DNA from: the human T2T-CHM13v2.0 reference genome, Homo sapiens
Strand: one strand, 5' to 3'
NCBI RefSeq assembly: GCF_009914755.1
Contig: NC_060947.1
Length of the DNA: 64,000 nucleotides
Shown here: in pieces, positions 1 to 16,760 of the stretch
Numbering within the stretch: position 1 is the stretch's first letter
Layout: each line of letters starts with the position of its first letter
Position numbers and translations under genes: made by a program
Notes under the pieces: model-generated
The model's input: the letters and a program-made list of their open reading frames with translations, nothing else
What the model was told of the DNA's origin: nothing
Database searches by the model: none

Positions 1-1
1 G

Positions 2-499
2 TTGGAAAACACTCTGCAGGATATTATCCAGGAGAACTTCCCCAATCTAGCAAGGCAGGCCAACATTCACATTCAGGAAATACAGAGAACACCACAAAGA
101 TACTCCTCGAGAAGAGCAACTCCAAGTCACATAATTGTCAGATTCACCAAAGTTGAAATGAAGGAAAAAATGTTAAGGGCAGCCAGAGAGAAAGGTCGGG
201 TTACCCACAAAGGGAAGCCCATCGGACTAACAGCTGATATCTCGGCAGAAACTCTACAAGCCAGAAGAGAGTGGGGGCCAATATTCAACATTTTTAAAGA
301 AAAGAATTTTCAACCCAGAATTTCATATCCAGCCAAACTAAGCTTCATAAGTGAAGGAGAAATAAAATCCTTGACAGACAAGCAAATGCTGAGAGATTTT
401 GTCACCACCAGGCCTGCCCTACAAGAGCTCCTGAAGGAAGCACTAAACATGGAAAGGAACAACTGCTACCAGCCACTGCAAAAACATGCCAAATTGTGA
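2..499 (+). pseudogene. L1 ORF1p C-terminal part (RRM/CTD)
   Basis: Translation ...ENFPNLARQANIHIQEIQRTPQRY...YPAKLSF...HAKL* matches primate ORF1p. Confidence 0.95.
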
Positions 500-562
500 A
501 GACCGTCAAGGCTAGCAAGAAACTGCATCAACTAACGAGCAAAATAACCAGCTAATATCATA

Positions 563-4390
<3,828 letters not shown>

Positions 4391-4613
4391 ACAATGAGAA
4401 CACATGGACACAGGAAAGGGAACATGACACACCGGGACTGTTGTGGGGTGGGGGGAGGGGGAAGGGATAGCATTAGGAGATATACCTAATGTTAAATGAT
4501 GAGATAATGGGTGCAGCACACCAACATGGCATATGTATACATATGTAACAAACCTGTACGTTGTGCACATGTACCCTAAAACTTAAAGTATAATAATAAT
4601 AAAATAAAAAAAG

Positions 4614-6049
4614 AAACTTATACCAAAAAATAAAGAACTTCTAGAATTAAGAAAAAATTACTGAAGAAACTTCAAAATACAGTTGGAAGCTTTTACAACA
4701 GACTAGACCAAGTAGAACAGAGGATTTCAGAGCTTAAAGACTGAACTTTCAAATTAACATAGACAAAAATTAAAAAAATAATAATTTCAATAAACAAAGT
4801 TTTCAGGAATATGGGATTATGCAAAACATTCATACCTATGACTTCTTGATATTTCTGAGAGAAAAAAAGAAAAATAAAGCAACTTGAACAACATATTTGA
4901 GAAAATAATCCAGGAAAAATGTCTAACTTTGCTACAGAAGTCAACATCCGGATACAAGGTGTAGAAGAGAAAAGAAGCAAGAGTCTGGCAGAGATAAACC
5001 ACTGAGGAACTTAGAACTCTGTGGAAAGTGAAGGTAACTGTGGTTTGCTCCCATCACTCTGGCAGCAATCTGCTGTCCAACTGTTGGAAAACCCCTATGC
5101 CCTTTCAATGCTGAGAAATGCTTTCAGTGGTGAGCACCTGTGGAAAACACCTATGAGATTCTACACAAGATGACCATCACCAAGGCATATAGTCATCAAA
5201 CTATCCAAGATCAGTATGAAAGAATAAATCTTAAAGGCAACAAGAGAAAATGGATAAATCACCAATAAAGGAAATTTTATCAGACTAACAAGAGTTCTCA
5301 GCAGAAACCTTACCACCCAGAAAAGATTGTGGGCCTATTTTTAGCCTTCTTATGAAAAGAAAAATGCCAGCCAGGAATTACATATCCTGTGAAACTGATC
5401 TTTATAAACGAAGGAGAAATAAAGTTCTTCCTGGATAAACAAACAAAAAGAGAATTTGTCATGATCAGACCAGGCTCCATTGAGTTATAAACAATGAAAT
5501 AAAAGGATGGTACTTGCCAGCATAAATACACACATTAGTACAACATTCACAGATAATATAAATCAATTACACAATTGAGACTACAAAGTGTCTAGCTAAA
5601 AACACTATGACAGGAAAAAAAACACCTCACATATCGGTGTTAACCTTGGACATGAATGGCCTAAATGCTCCACTCAAAAGACAACATGAAATACAATTTA
5701 AAAAATAAGGCTTAACTTTCTTCTGTCTTCAAGTGATCCATCTCATGTGTAATGACAACCACAGGCCCAAAGTAGAGGGATGGATAAAGACCCCTAAGAC
5801 AAATAATTGGAAAACCAAAAAGAGCAAGGTTTTCTATCTGATATCAGATAAAACAGACTTTAAACCAAAAAAAGTAAAAAAAGGCAAAGAATGTCATTAC
5901 ATAATGATAAAAGATTCAATACAACCAGAAAATTTAATTATTCTAAATATATATGGACTCAATATTTGAGAATTCACATTTATAAAAGAATTACTGTTAG
6001 ACCTAAGAAAAGAGATAGACAGACATACAATAATAGTGTAAAAATTTAA
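4614..6049 (+). mobile_element. Older L1 (L1PA15-17/L1P4-like): ORF1 plus the start of ORF2; host of the L1PA4/5 insertion; 3'-truncated
   Basis: Degenerate ORF1 (NRLDQVEQRISEL; PRHIVIKLSK; YPVKL), ORF2 ATG at 5607 and EN motifs (ISDKTDFKPK; LNIYG). Confidence 0.8.
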
Positions 6050-6708
6050 TTTTTACACTATTTTACACTAAAAATTAAATTTTTACTCATAAATTAAGAG
6101 AAGTAATCATTAAAGATATATAATACTAAAAGAAAAGAGTGAAATGAGAATGTATCTGTTTCATTACTGCAGCAACATGATATGGTTGCAGCTTTGGTTA
6201 TAATAAAATTTTAGTTGGAAAGGTTAACATGTGCAACACTTTAGAACTTTACCTTGTGTATATTTTTAATATTTTATAGTGAAATGTTTTGATGTTTCTT
6301 TATAAAACAGTTACCTATTTTGTAGCTAATGATTTTTAATAATCTAGGCAAGTATTTAATAATCATTCACTCTAGGTTATTCATACAAAATCATTGTGCT
6401 TGAAAATGACCAATTTGACAGAAGAACAATAATTTTTGGCCATTTGTATCATTAGAAAATTTTAGTGGTTAATATAAATTTAATATTTTTCACATAGTTA
6501 TATAAAGAAGCATAATAATTTTTTAGTAACTCATATAATATGTCTAGTCATGTTGCTGGAATTCATGGAAGTATTAAATTGAACAATTTTGTTTTCTTCA
6601 GGAAATTTTCAGTCAAAGCACAGAAAAAATATCTAGGTGTAGTTTGATCTATTAATGATTACTTCTCCTAATTTAATTTTATGAGTTTGTATCAAATGTT
6701 AAGGAAGT

Positions 6709-6735
6709 TGTGTGTGTATGTGTGTGTGTGTGTGT
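6709..6735. repeat. (TG)n microsatellite
   Basis: Direct reading. Confidence 0.9.
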
Positions 6736-8517
6736 AAACTTTATGTGTGTTTCAAATACTGCAACTCTTGTTCTAAGAAGAATACATGCACATACAACAG
6801 AAATATCATTAATGCCATCTGAATTAACTTAGATATAAATTTTGTTGAATGCAGTGCTAAGAAAATAAGTAAAAGATGTATAATTTTCATTGGAAAAGAT
6901 GCAGTAGACAAATAAAACTGGTATTAAGATAGGAGGTGGAGCACGATGGCAGTGTAGAAGGCTCCGCTGATCATCCCCCCAAAAGTACACAAATTTTACA
7001 AAAATCTACACAAGCAAAGCAGCTTCATAAGAACTAAAAATTAGGTGAGCACTCACAGTACCTGCTTTTAACTTTGTATCACTAAAAGAGGCACTGAAGA
7101 GGTAGAAAAAAAATCTTGAATCACCAATGCCACACTTCCCTCATTCTCCAGTAGCAGCAGTGTGGTGCAGAGAGCATTTCTGTGTGCTGGAGGAGGAAGA
7201 GCCAGCAATTGTGAGGCACTAAACTCAGTGTCATCCTGTTACAGCAGAAAGGAAAACTGGACCACATTCAGCTGAAGCCCACACACACAGAAAGCATTTA
7301 AGCCAGCCTTAGACAAAGGGAAATTGCCAATTCCAGCAGCCTGAACTTAAGTTCCCACAAACCTTGCCACTGTGAGTTCAAGTGCTCTGAGTCTCTAAGC
7401 AAACTTTAAGAGCTGTCTAGGCCACAAGACTGCAACTCTTAGGTGCATCCTAGTGCTGAACTGAGCCAAGAGACAGAGGACTGGGGGAGCACAAAATCTA
7501 TTGAGTCAGCAACTGGGCAGCTGAGAAAGTGCTGGCATAACCCTTTCCCTAACCCAAGGCTGAACAACTCACAGCTCCAAGAGAGGCATTCCTTCTGCTT
7601 GAGTAAAGGAGAGGGAAGACTGGGCAAGACTTTATCTTGCATATCAGATACCAGCTCATCCACAACAGGATAAGGCACTGGTCAGAGTAATGAGCCCCTG
7701 TTCCAGGCCCTAGCTCCTAGCTGACATTTCTAGACACACCCTGTGCTAGAGGGGAACCTGCTGTCTTGAAGGGGAGTACCTAGTCTTGGCAGCAATCATC
7801 ACCTGCTAAATGAAGAGCCTTTGGACCCTGAGAAACCAGTAGTAATATCAAATGTAGTACTATGAGGGGCTTGTATGAGCATTTAAGACTTGCTAGCTTT
7901 AGGTATCAGCTAAACTACAGGAACGTAGAACACCAAGCAGAATCTTTGGGTTCCAATTTGCAAGACTTGAACCTTGACTGGCATTTCTGGACCTGCCCTA
8001 GGCCAGAGGAGAGCCTACTGTCCTGAAGGGTAACTCCTAGACTAGGCAGCAGTTACTGTAGTGTGACTTAAATCCCTTGGGCCTTAAGGAAACATTGGAA
8101 GTACTCTGACAGTATCTCTCATGGAATTTTGGTGGCAGTAGTGATGGGTGAAGCTCTTTTGCCTTTGGAAAATGGAGGGAAGAGTGAGAAGAACAGCATC
8201 TTGTAGTTTGAAAGCAAGCTCAGACACAGCAGAATAGAATACCAGATAGACTTCTAAGGCTTTTAAGTTTATTCTCTGACTCCCAGGCAGCATGTCTGGA
8301 CCCACCTGGGGACTGGGAAAACCTGCTGTTTTGAAGAAAAAAAAAAACATACCTGGCTGGCTTTGCCACCTGCTGATTGTATAGCCTCAGGCTCTTGAGT
8401 GAACATAGGCAGTGGCCAGGGAGGGGTTACAACAGGCCTTGGTCTGTGCCCAATGTAGTGCTGGGTTCAAGTCTGACCCAGCACAATAATAGTAGTAGTG
8501 ACTAAGGAGGTGTTTGT

Positions 8518-9388
8518 CAACCCTACTAAAAAGTGGGCAAAGGACAGGAACAGACACTTTGCAAAACAAGACATACATGCAGCCAACAAGCATATGGAAA
8601 AAAGCTCAACAATACTGATCATTGGAGAAATGCAAATCCAAACCATAATGAGATACCATTTCAAACCAGTCAGAATTGCTATTTTTAAAAAAGTCAAAAC
8701 ATAAGAGATGCTAGTGAAGTTGTGGAGAAAAAGAAGCACTTTTATACTGTTAGTGGGAGTATAAATTAGTTCAACCACTGCAGAAGAAAGTGTGGTGATT
8801 CCTCAAAGACCTATAACTAGAAATGCCATTGGACCCAGAAATCCCATTACTGGGTATATACACAAAGGAATATAAATTATTCTATTATAAAGACACATGC
8901 ATGTGTATGTTCATTGCAGCACTATTCACAATCACAAAGATAGGAAATCAACCAAAATGTTCATCAATAATAGACTGGATAAAGGAAATGTGATACATAT
9001 ACACCATGGAAGTCTATGCAGCAATAAAAAATAATAAGATTATGTTCTTTCCAGGGACATAGATGGATCTGGTGGCCATTATTCTTAACAAACACAGGAA
9101 AAGAAAACAAAATACTGCATGATCTCTCTTATAAGTGGAGCTAAATGATGAAAACACACGGACGCATGGATGGGAACAATACACACTGGGGCCTATGAGA
9201 GGGTGGAGGGTGGGAGGAGGAAGAGAATCAGAAAAAATAACTAATGGTTACTAGGATTAATATCTGGGTGATAAAATAATCAGTAAAACAAAACACCATG
9301 CCAAAAGTTTACCTACTTAACAAACCTGCACGTGTGCTACTGAACTTAAAATAAAAGTTAAAAAAAGAAGAAACAAACAAACAAAAAT
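8518..9388 (+). mobile_element. 5'-truncated L1PA11-13-like insertion in the L1MA 5' UTR
   Basis: ORF2 end (KKWAKD..RYHF), 3' UTR AAAAATAACTAATGG...GAACTTAAAATAAAAGTT and an A-rich tail. Confidence 0.85.
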
Positions 9389-10929
9389 CCAAAATAAGGA
9401 GAAATTTGCATGAATCCACCCCCAGCTTTAAGTGGCTCCGAACTGAGAGAGAGACTCCATTTGTTTGGGTGAAAGAAAGGGAAGAGAACACTTGGTAATC
9501 TAGAGAATTCTACTTGGTAATCTAGAGAATTCTCCCAAATCATGTCCAAAATGATCAAGGTGATACCTCTATGAGTGTGCGAGAACCACAGTGTTACTTT
9601 ACTAGGGTTGCCATTAAAACAGATATAGTATAAATCACAATACCCAGTTTCTTTTGAATATTAAGAAATACTCTCTAAGAAGAATGGGTAGACACAAACG
9701 CAGACCATGAAGACTTCAGTAGATACATAACACATCAATGCCCAGACACAGATGAACATCCACAAACATAAGGATGTTTCAGCAAAACATAACCTCACCA
9801 AATGAACTAAATAAGCCACCAGGGAATAATCCTGCAGAAACAGAGTTATGTGACCTTTCTGACAGAGAATTCAAAATAGCTGTGTTGAAGAAACTAAAAA
9901 AAATTCAAGGTACCACAGAAAAAGAAATCAGAAATCTATCAGATAAATTTGAAAGAGATGGAAATAATTTTTAAAAATCAAGCAGAAATCCTGAAGCTGG
10001 AAAATAAAGTAGACATACTGAAGAATTCATCAGAGCCTTTTAATGGCACAATTGATCAAGCAGAAGAAAAAAATAGTGAGCGTGAAGATAGGATATTTGC
10101 AAATACACAGGGGAGACAAGAAAAGTAAGAAGCAATGAAGCACATCTACAGGATTCAGAAAATAGCCTCAAAATGACAAATCTCAGAGTTGTTGTCCTTA
10201 AAGAGTAGGTAGAGAGATAGGAGTGGAAAGTGTATTCAAAGGCATAATAACAAAAACTTCCCCAATCAACAGAAAGATACTTATATCCAAGTACAAGAAG
10301 ATTATAGAACAGCAAGCAGATTTAACCCAAAGAAGACTACCTCAAGGTCTTTAGTAATTAAACTTCTAGAGATCAAAGATAAAGAAATAATTCAAAAAAA
10401 AAGGCAATAGAACAAAAAAAAACTGAAATAAAATGGAGCTCCAATACGCCTGGCAGGAGAATTTTTATTAGAAATGTTAGAACGTTGTCACGTATTTAAA
10501 ATGCTGAAGGAAAACAAAAAAAGCTTTTACTTTAGCATAGTATATCCAGTGAAAATATTATTTAAAAATGAAGAAGAAATAAAGACTTTCCAAGACAAAT
10601 GTCAACTGAAAAATTTTATCAACACCAGACCTGACCTAAAAGAAGTGCTAAATGGAATACTTCCATCAGAAAGAAATGGATGTTAATGAGCAGTAAGTAA
10701 TCACCTGAAGGTAGAAAACTCACTGGTATTAGAAAGTACACAAAAAAACACAGAATATTATAACACTGTAACTGTGGTGTGCAAACTACTCTTATCCTAA
10801 ATGGAAAGAGTAAATGATAAGCCAACAAAAAATAATAACTAAAACAACATTTTTTTTTCAAAAAGTGGTATAGTATTGGACCATCATTTAAGTCTTTCAA
10901 AAGGATACTGATTACATAAGTCATAATAT

Positions 10930-11080
10930 ACAATTGGCTATCCATTTCCATGGGTTCCACATCCACTGATTCAACCAACCACAAATGGAAAATATTTTAA
11001 AAATAAGAATACAATAACAAAAATAATGCAAATTTTAAAACAGTACAGTATAGCAATTATTTATATAGCACTTACATTGT
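10930..11080. mobile_element. MER2 (TcMar-Tigger) fragment within the transduced segment
   Basis: TACAATTGGCTATCCATTTCCATGGGTTCCACATCCACTGATTCAACCAACC resembles the MER2 terminus. Confidence 0.7.
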
Positions 11081-11122
11081 TCTCATTTTTTTAATTCTAA
11101 AAACATTAGTTGGGAGTGCCCT

Positions 11123-11196
11123 TGTGCCACATAGATTTTATTTTTCCAAAGATGGTTGCAGTTGTATCTTCCATTCCACATACTGTTCTAAAATGC
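11123..11196 (+). mobile_element. MLT1(H-K)-type LTR 5' fragment within the transduced segment
   Basis: TATTTTTCCAAAGATGGTTGCAG..TATCTTCCATTCCACATACTGTTCT resembles the start of MLT1I/J. Confidence 0.55.
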
Positions 11197-14100
11197 ATTC
11201 TTTTTTTTTATTATACTTTAAGTTTTAGGGTACATATGCACAACGTGCAGGTTTGTTACATATGTATACATGTGCCATGTTGGTGTGCTGCACCCATTAA
11301 CTCCTCATTTAACATTAGGTATATTTCCTAATGCTATCCCTCCCCACTCCCCCCACCCCAAAACAGACCCTGGTGTGTGATGTTCCCCTTCCTGTGTCCA
11401 TGTGTTCTCATTGTTCAGTTCCCACCTATGAGTGAGAACATGCGGTGTTTGGTTTTTTGTCCTTGTGATAGTTTGCTGAGAATGATGGTTTCCAGCTTCA
11501 TCCATGTCCCTACAAAGGACATGAACTCATCCTTTTTTATGGCTGCATAGTATTCCATGGTGTATATGTGTCACATTTTCTTAATCCAGTCTATCATTGT
11601 TGGACATTTGGGTTGGTTCCAAGTCTTTGCTATTGTGAATAGTGCCACAATAAACATACGTGTGTGTGTGTCTTTATAGCAGCATGATTTATAATCCTTT
11701 GGGTATATACCCAGTAATGGGATGGCTGGGTCAAATGGTATTTCTAGCTCTAGATCCCTGAGGAATTGCCACACTGACTTCCACAATGGTTGAACTAGTT
11801 TACAGTCCCACCTAAAACAACATTTTAAGACATACACGGTAGAATAAGATATAAATTAAAATAACAAAAAGTTTAAAAAATAGGGGGACAAAGTTAAGGT
11901 GCAGAGATTTCTTAATTTTTTTGCACGTTTGTGTTTTATGCAAATAGTTAAGTTGTTATCAGGTTAAAATAATGCATTCTAAGATAATATTTTCAAACCT
12001 CATGGTAATATAAAAAAAAACAATACAACAAATACACATAAAATAAAAATCAAGAAACTGAATCATATAGTCATAGAAAATGAACTTCACTAAAGAAATT
12101 CAGAAAGAAATGAAAAAAGGACAAACCAACAAGAAAACAAGTAACAAAATAGCAGGAGTAAGTCCTTACTTCTCAGTAATAACTTTTAATGTAAATGTAC
12201 TAAACTTTCCAATCAAAAGACATAGAGTGGCTTAATGTATGAAAAAACAAGACCTACTGATTTATCATCTGCAAGAGATACACTTCATCTATAAATACAC
12301 ATATATATTTTGAAAGAAAGAGATGGAAAAAGCTATTCTATGCCAATGGAAATAAAAATAGAGCAGGAGTCACTATACTTATATCAGTAAAAAATAGATT
12401 TGAAGATATAAACTGTGAGACAAGACAAAGACGTTTACAAGAGAAAGGGGTTAATTGAGCAAGAAGATAAATGAAATATATATATGCATCCAACCTTGGA
12501 ACACTCAGATATATGAAGCAAATATTGTTAGAGCTAAAGAGAGAGATAGGCCCCAATACAATAATAGTTGGAGACATAAACCCCCCACTTTCAGCAATGA
12601 AACAATTTTCCAGAGAGAAAGAAGAAAAAAAAATAAGAAACATGGGACTTAATCTGCACTATGGACCAAATGAATCTAATAGATATGTACAGAACATTTC
12701 ATCCAACAGCTGCAGAATACACATTCTTTTCCTCATCATATGGATTATTCCCAAGAATAAACCACATATAAGGTCACAAAACATCTTTAAAAATTCAAAA
12801 AAATTAGATAGTATCAAGCATCATCTCTGACCCCAATGGAATGAAACTACAAATCAATAACAGGAGCAATTTTGGAAACTATAAAAATACATGGAAATTA
12901 AATAGTATGCTCCTGGATGGCCAGTGGGTCAATGAAGATATTAAGTAGAAAATTGAAAAATATTTTGTGACAAATAATAATGGAAACACAACATATCAAA
13001 ACCTACTAGGTAGAGCAAAAGCGGTACTCAGAGGGAAGTTTATATTTATAAGTACCTAAAAATGGGGAAAAACTTCAAATAAACAATCTAACAATGCATC
13101 TTAAAGAACTAGAAAGGCAACAGCAAACAAAACCCAAAATTACTAGAAGATAAGAAATAATAAGATCAGAGAATAAATAAATGAAATTGAAATAAAAAAA
13201 AATACAAAAGATCAATGAAACAAAAAGTTGCCTTTTTGAAAAGTTAAACAAGATTGACAAAAATTTAGTCAGACTAAGAAAAGAGACAATCCAAATAAAT
13301 AAAACCAAAAATGAATAAAAAGAGACATTACAACTGGCACTGCATAAATTCAAATGCAAATTTTATTTATCATATTTATTTATCATCAGTGGCTACTACG
13401 AGAATCTATATGGCAATAAATTGGAAAATACCTAGACACATACAGCCTACCAAGATTGAACCAGAAAGAAATCCAAAACCTGAACAGACCAGTATAAAGT
13501 AAAAAATCAAAGCCATAATAACATGTCTCCCACTAAAGAAAATCCAGGGACCTGATGGCTTCCCTGGTGAATTCTACCAAACACTTAAAGAAGAACTAAA
13601 ACCAATCTGACTCAATATTTTCTGAAAAATAGAAGAGGAGGAAATCCTTCCTAACTCATTCTACAATGCCAGTATTACCTTTATACAAAAAACAGACAAA
13701 GACACATCAAAAAACAATACTACAAGCCAATATCTCTGATAAATTTTGATGCAAAAATGCGCAACAAAATACTAACGAACCAAATTCAACAATACATTAC
13801 AAAGATAATTCATCATGACCAAGCAACGTTTATCTCTGGGATGCAAGGATGGTTCAAAATACACTCTTCAATCAATGTGATACATCATATCAACAGAATG
13901 AAAGATAAAAACCATATGAACATCTTAATTTATGATGAAAAAGCATTTGATAAAATTCATCATCTCTTTATAATAAAAACTGTCAAAAAACTGAGTAGAT
14001 AATAAACATACCTCAACATAATTAAAGCCATATATGACAGACACATAGCTAGTATCATACTGAATGGGGAATAAAACCAAAAAACTTTCCTCTAAGATCT

Positions 14101-16529
14101 GGAACATAATAAGAATGTCCACTTTCACCACTGTTATTCAACATAGTACTAGGAGTCCTAGCTAGAGCAGTCAGACAAGAGAAAGATCTAAAGAGCATCC
14201 AAATCAGAAATAAATAAGTCAAATTATACTTGTTTGCAAATAACATGATCTTATGTTTGAAAAATCTTAAAGACTTCATAAGAAAACTATTAGAAGTGAT
14301 AAAACAATTTCAGCAAAGATGCAGGATATGAAATCAATGTATAAAAATCAGTAGCATTTGTATAGGCCAATAGTGAAAAACCTGAAAAAGAAATAAAAAA
14401 GAAATTCAATTTACAATAGCCACAACTAAAATTACATATCTAGAATTTACCAAAGTGAAAGGTCTCTGTAATAAAAACTATAAAACACTGATGAAATAAA
14501 TTGAAGAGGACACCAAAAATGGAAAAATATTTTATGTTGATAGATTGGAAGAATCAATATTGTTAACATGTCCATACTACTCAAAGCGATCCTAAAGATT
14601 CAATGCAATCCCTAACAAAGTACCAATGGTATTTTTCACAGAAACAGAAAAAAAAAAATCCTAAAATTTATATGAAACCACAAAAACCCAGAATAGCCAA
14701 GCTCTCCTGAGCAAAAGGAAAAAAACTGAAAAAAAATCACATTACCTAACTTCATATTATACTTCAGATCTATATAACCAAAACAGCATGGTAGTGGCAT
14801 AAAAACAGATACATAGACTAGTGGTACAGAATGGAGAACCCAGAAGGAAATTCACACACTTACAGTAAACCCACTTTCAAGAAATTTGCCAAGAACATAC
14901 ACTGGGGAATAGACAGTCTTTTCAATTAATGGTTCTGGGAAAACTGGATCTCCATATAGAGAAGAATGAAACTACACCCCTGTCTCTCTTCATATATAGA
15001 AATCAAATCAAAATGGATTAAAAACTAAAATCTGAGACTGCAAACTATAAAACTACTACAAGAAAACATTGGGGAAAAATCTCCAAGACATTGGTCTCGG
15101 CAAGGTTTCTTGAGCAATACCCCACAAGCACAGGCAACCAACCAAAAATGAAAAAATGGGATCACATTAAGGTTAAAACTTTATGTACAACAAAGTAAAC
15201 AATCAACATGTTAAAGAGACAACCAACAGAATGGGAGAAAATATTTGAAACCTACCAATCTGACAAAGGATTAATAAATGTAATATATGAAAAGCTCAAA
15301 CAACCCTATAGAAATAAATCTAATAATATGATTTTTAAAATGAGCAAAATATTTGAATACACATTTCTCAAAGAAGACATAGAAATGGCAAATAAGCATA
15401 TTAAAAGTTGGTCAACATAATTGATCATCAGCGAAATGCAAATCAAAACGACAATGAGATATTATCTTTCCCCAGTTAAAATGGCTTATATCCAAAAGAC
15501 AGGTAATAACAAATGCTGGAGAGGATGTGCATAAAAGAGAATCCTCATACACCATTGGGTGGAATGTAAATTAATATGAGCACTATGGAGAATAGTTTGG
15601 AAGTTCCTCAAAAAACTAAAAATAGAGCTACCATATGATTCAGCAATCACACTGCTGTGTATATACCCAGAAGAAAGAAAACCAGTATCTCGAAGTGATA
15701 TCTGTACTCCTGTTTGTTGCATCACTGTTCACAATAGCCAAGTTTTGAAAGCAACCTAAGTGTCCATTAACAGATGAATGTATAAAAAAAGTGGTACATA
15801 TACACAATAGAGAACTATTTAGCCCAAAAAAGAATGAGATCCACTCATTTGGAACAACATGGATGGAACTGGAGATCATTATGTTAAGTGAAATAAGCCA
15901 GGCGCAGAAAGAAAAACATCACATATTCTCACTTATTTGTGGGATCCTAAAATCAAAACAATTAAACTCATGAACATAGACAGTAGAAGGTTGGTTACCA
16001 GAGTCTAGGAAAGGTAGTTGGGGGCTTGTGGGGAGGTGGGGTGGTTAATGGGTACAAAAAATAGAAAGAATGAATAAGACATACTATTTGATAGCACACC
16101 AGGTTGACTATAGTCAATAATAATTTAATTTTACATTTTAAAATAAGTGGAAGTATATAATTGGATTGTTTGTAACACAAAAGATAAATGCTTGAGGAGA
16201 TGGATAGCCAATTTTCTATGATGTGATTATTATGCATTGCATACCTGTATCAGAACATGACATGTACCCCACAAATATGTATCTCTACAATATACACACA
16301 AAAATTGAAAATATTTTTAAATAAAATGAAACAGTTATTGAAAGTAAAAAAGGAAATAGTTCCCATATCACACACTTTAAGTTTTACATACATATTCTTA
16401 TAATGGTAGAGAATAAAATCAGAATCAATTTTAGAATTCCAGGAGTGGTGTGTATTTATGTCCCCAATCCTCCTCTCCCATTCCACCCCGACTTCTGCCA
16501 GTGAGGTTAAAAATAGATGGTAATGTTAA

Positions 16530-16760
16530 TGTGGTTCAGTGGACAGAATATGAATTTGGAGTCTGAATGATCTTGATTTAAATATGTAATAAAGAAAATG
16601 TGGTACATATATACAACGGAATATATCTGGATCTGATCTAGATTTGAATATTAGTCCTCCCACCAACTGGCTGTATCTTGGACAAGATAAATATTTTCAA
16701 TCTTAGGTTTCTCACCTATAAGGAAAAATGATGAATTGAATAGGTGCTCAGTAATTATAA
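16530..16760 (+). mobile_element. MIR SINE, degenerate, with a small L1 sliver inside
   Basis: GTGGTTCAGTGGACAGAATATGAATTTGGAGTC...CTTGGACAAG...GTTTCTCACCTATAA core. Confidence 0.65.

Larger units (their letters stand above)
10839..11826 (-). mobile_element. 5'-truncated L1PA4/5-like element (11200-11812) with a ~340-bp 3' transduction (10859-11199), inside a 15-bp TSD
   Basis: TSD CTAAAACAACATTTT at 10839-10853 and 11812-11826; T tracts at 10850-10858 and 11201-11209; reconstructed target TTTT/AA. Confidence 0.9.
6931..16325 (+). mobile_element. Full-length L1MA1-3-type (L1MA2-like) LINE-1 with nested insertions
   Basis: 5' end GGAGGTGGAGCACGATGGC; long 5' UTR; degenerate ORF1 ~9737-10686; ORF2 ~12148-15950; L1MA2-type 3' UTR (ATAATTGGATTGTTTGTAACACAAAAGATAAATGCTTGAGG). 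Confidence 0.88.

Noticed and set aside
6090-6640. Possible small exons in the unique AT-rich gap
   Set aside because: Splice signals are weak and I found no consistent frame; not distinguishable from chance
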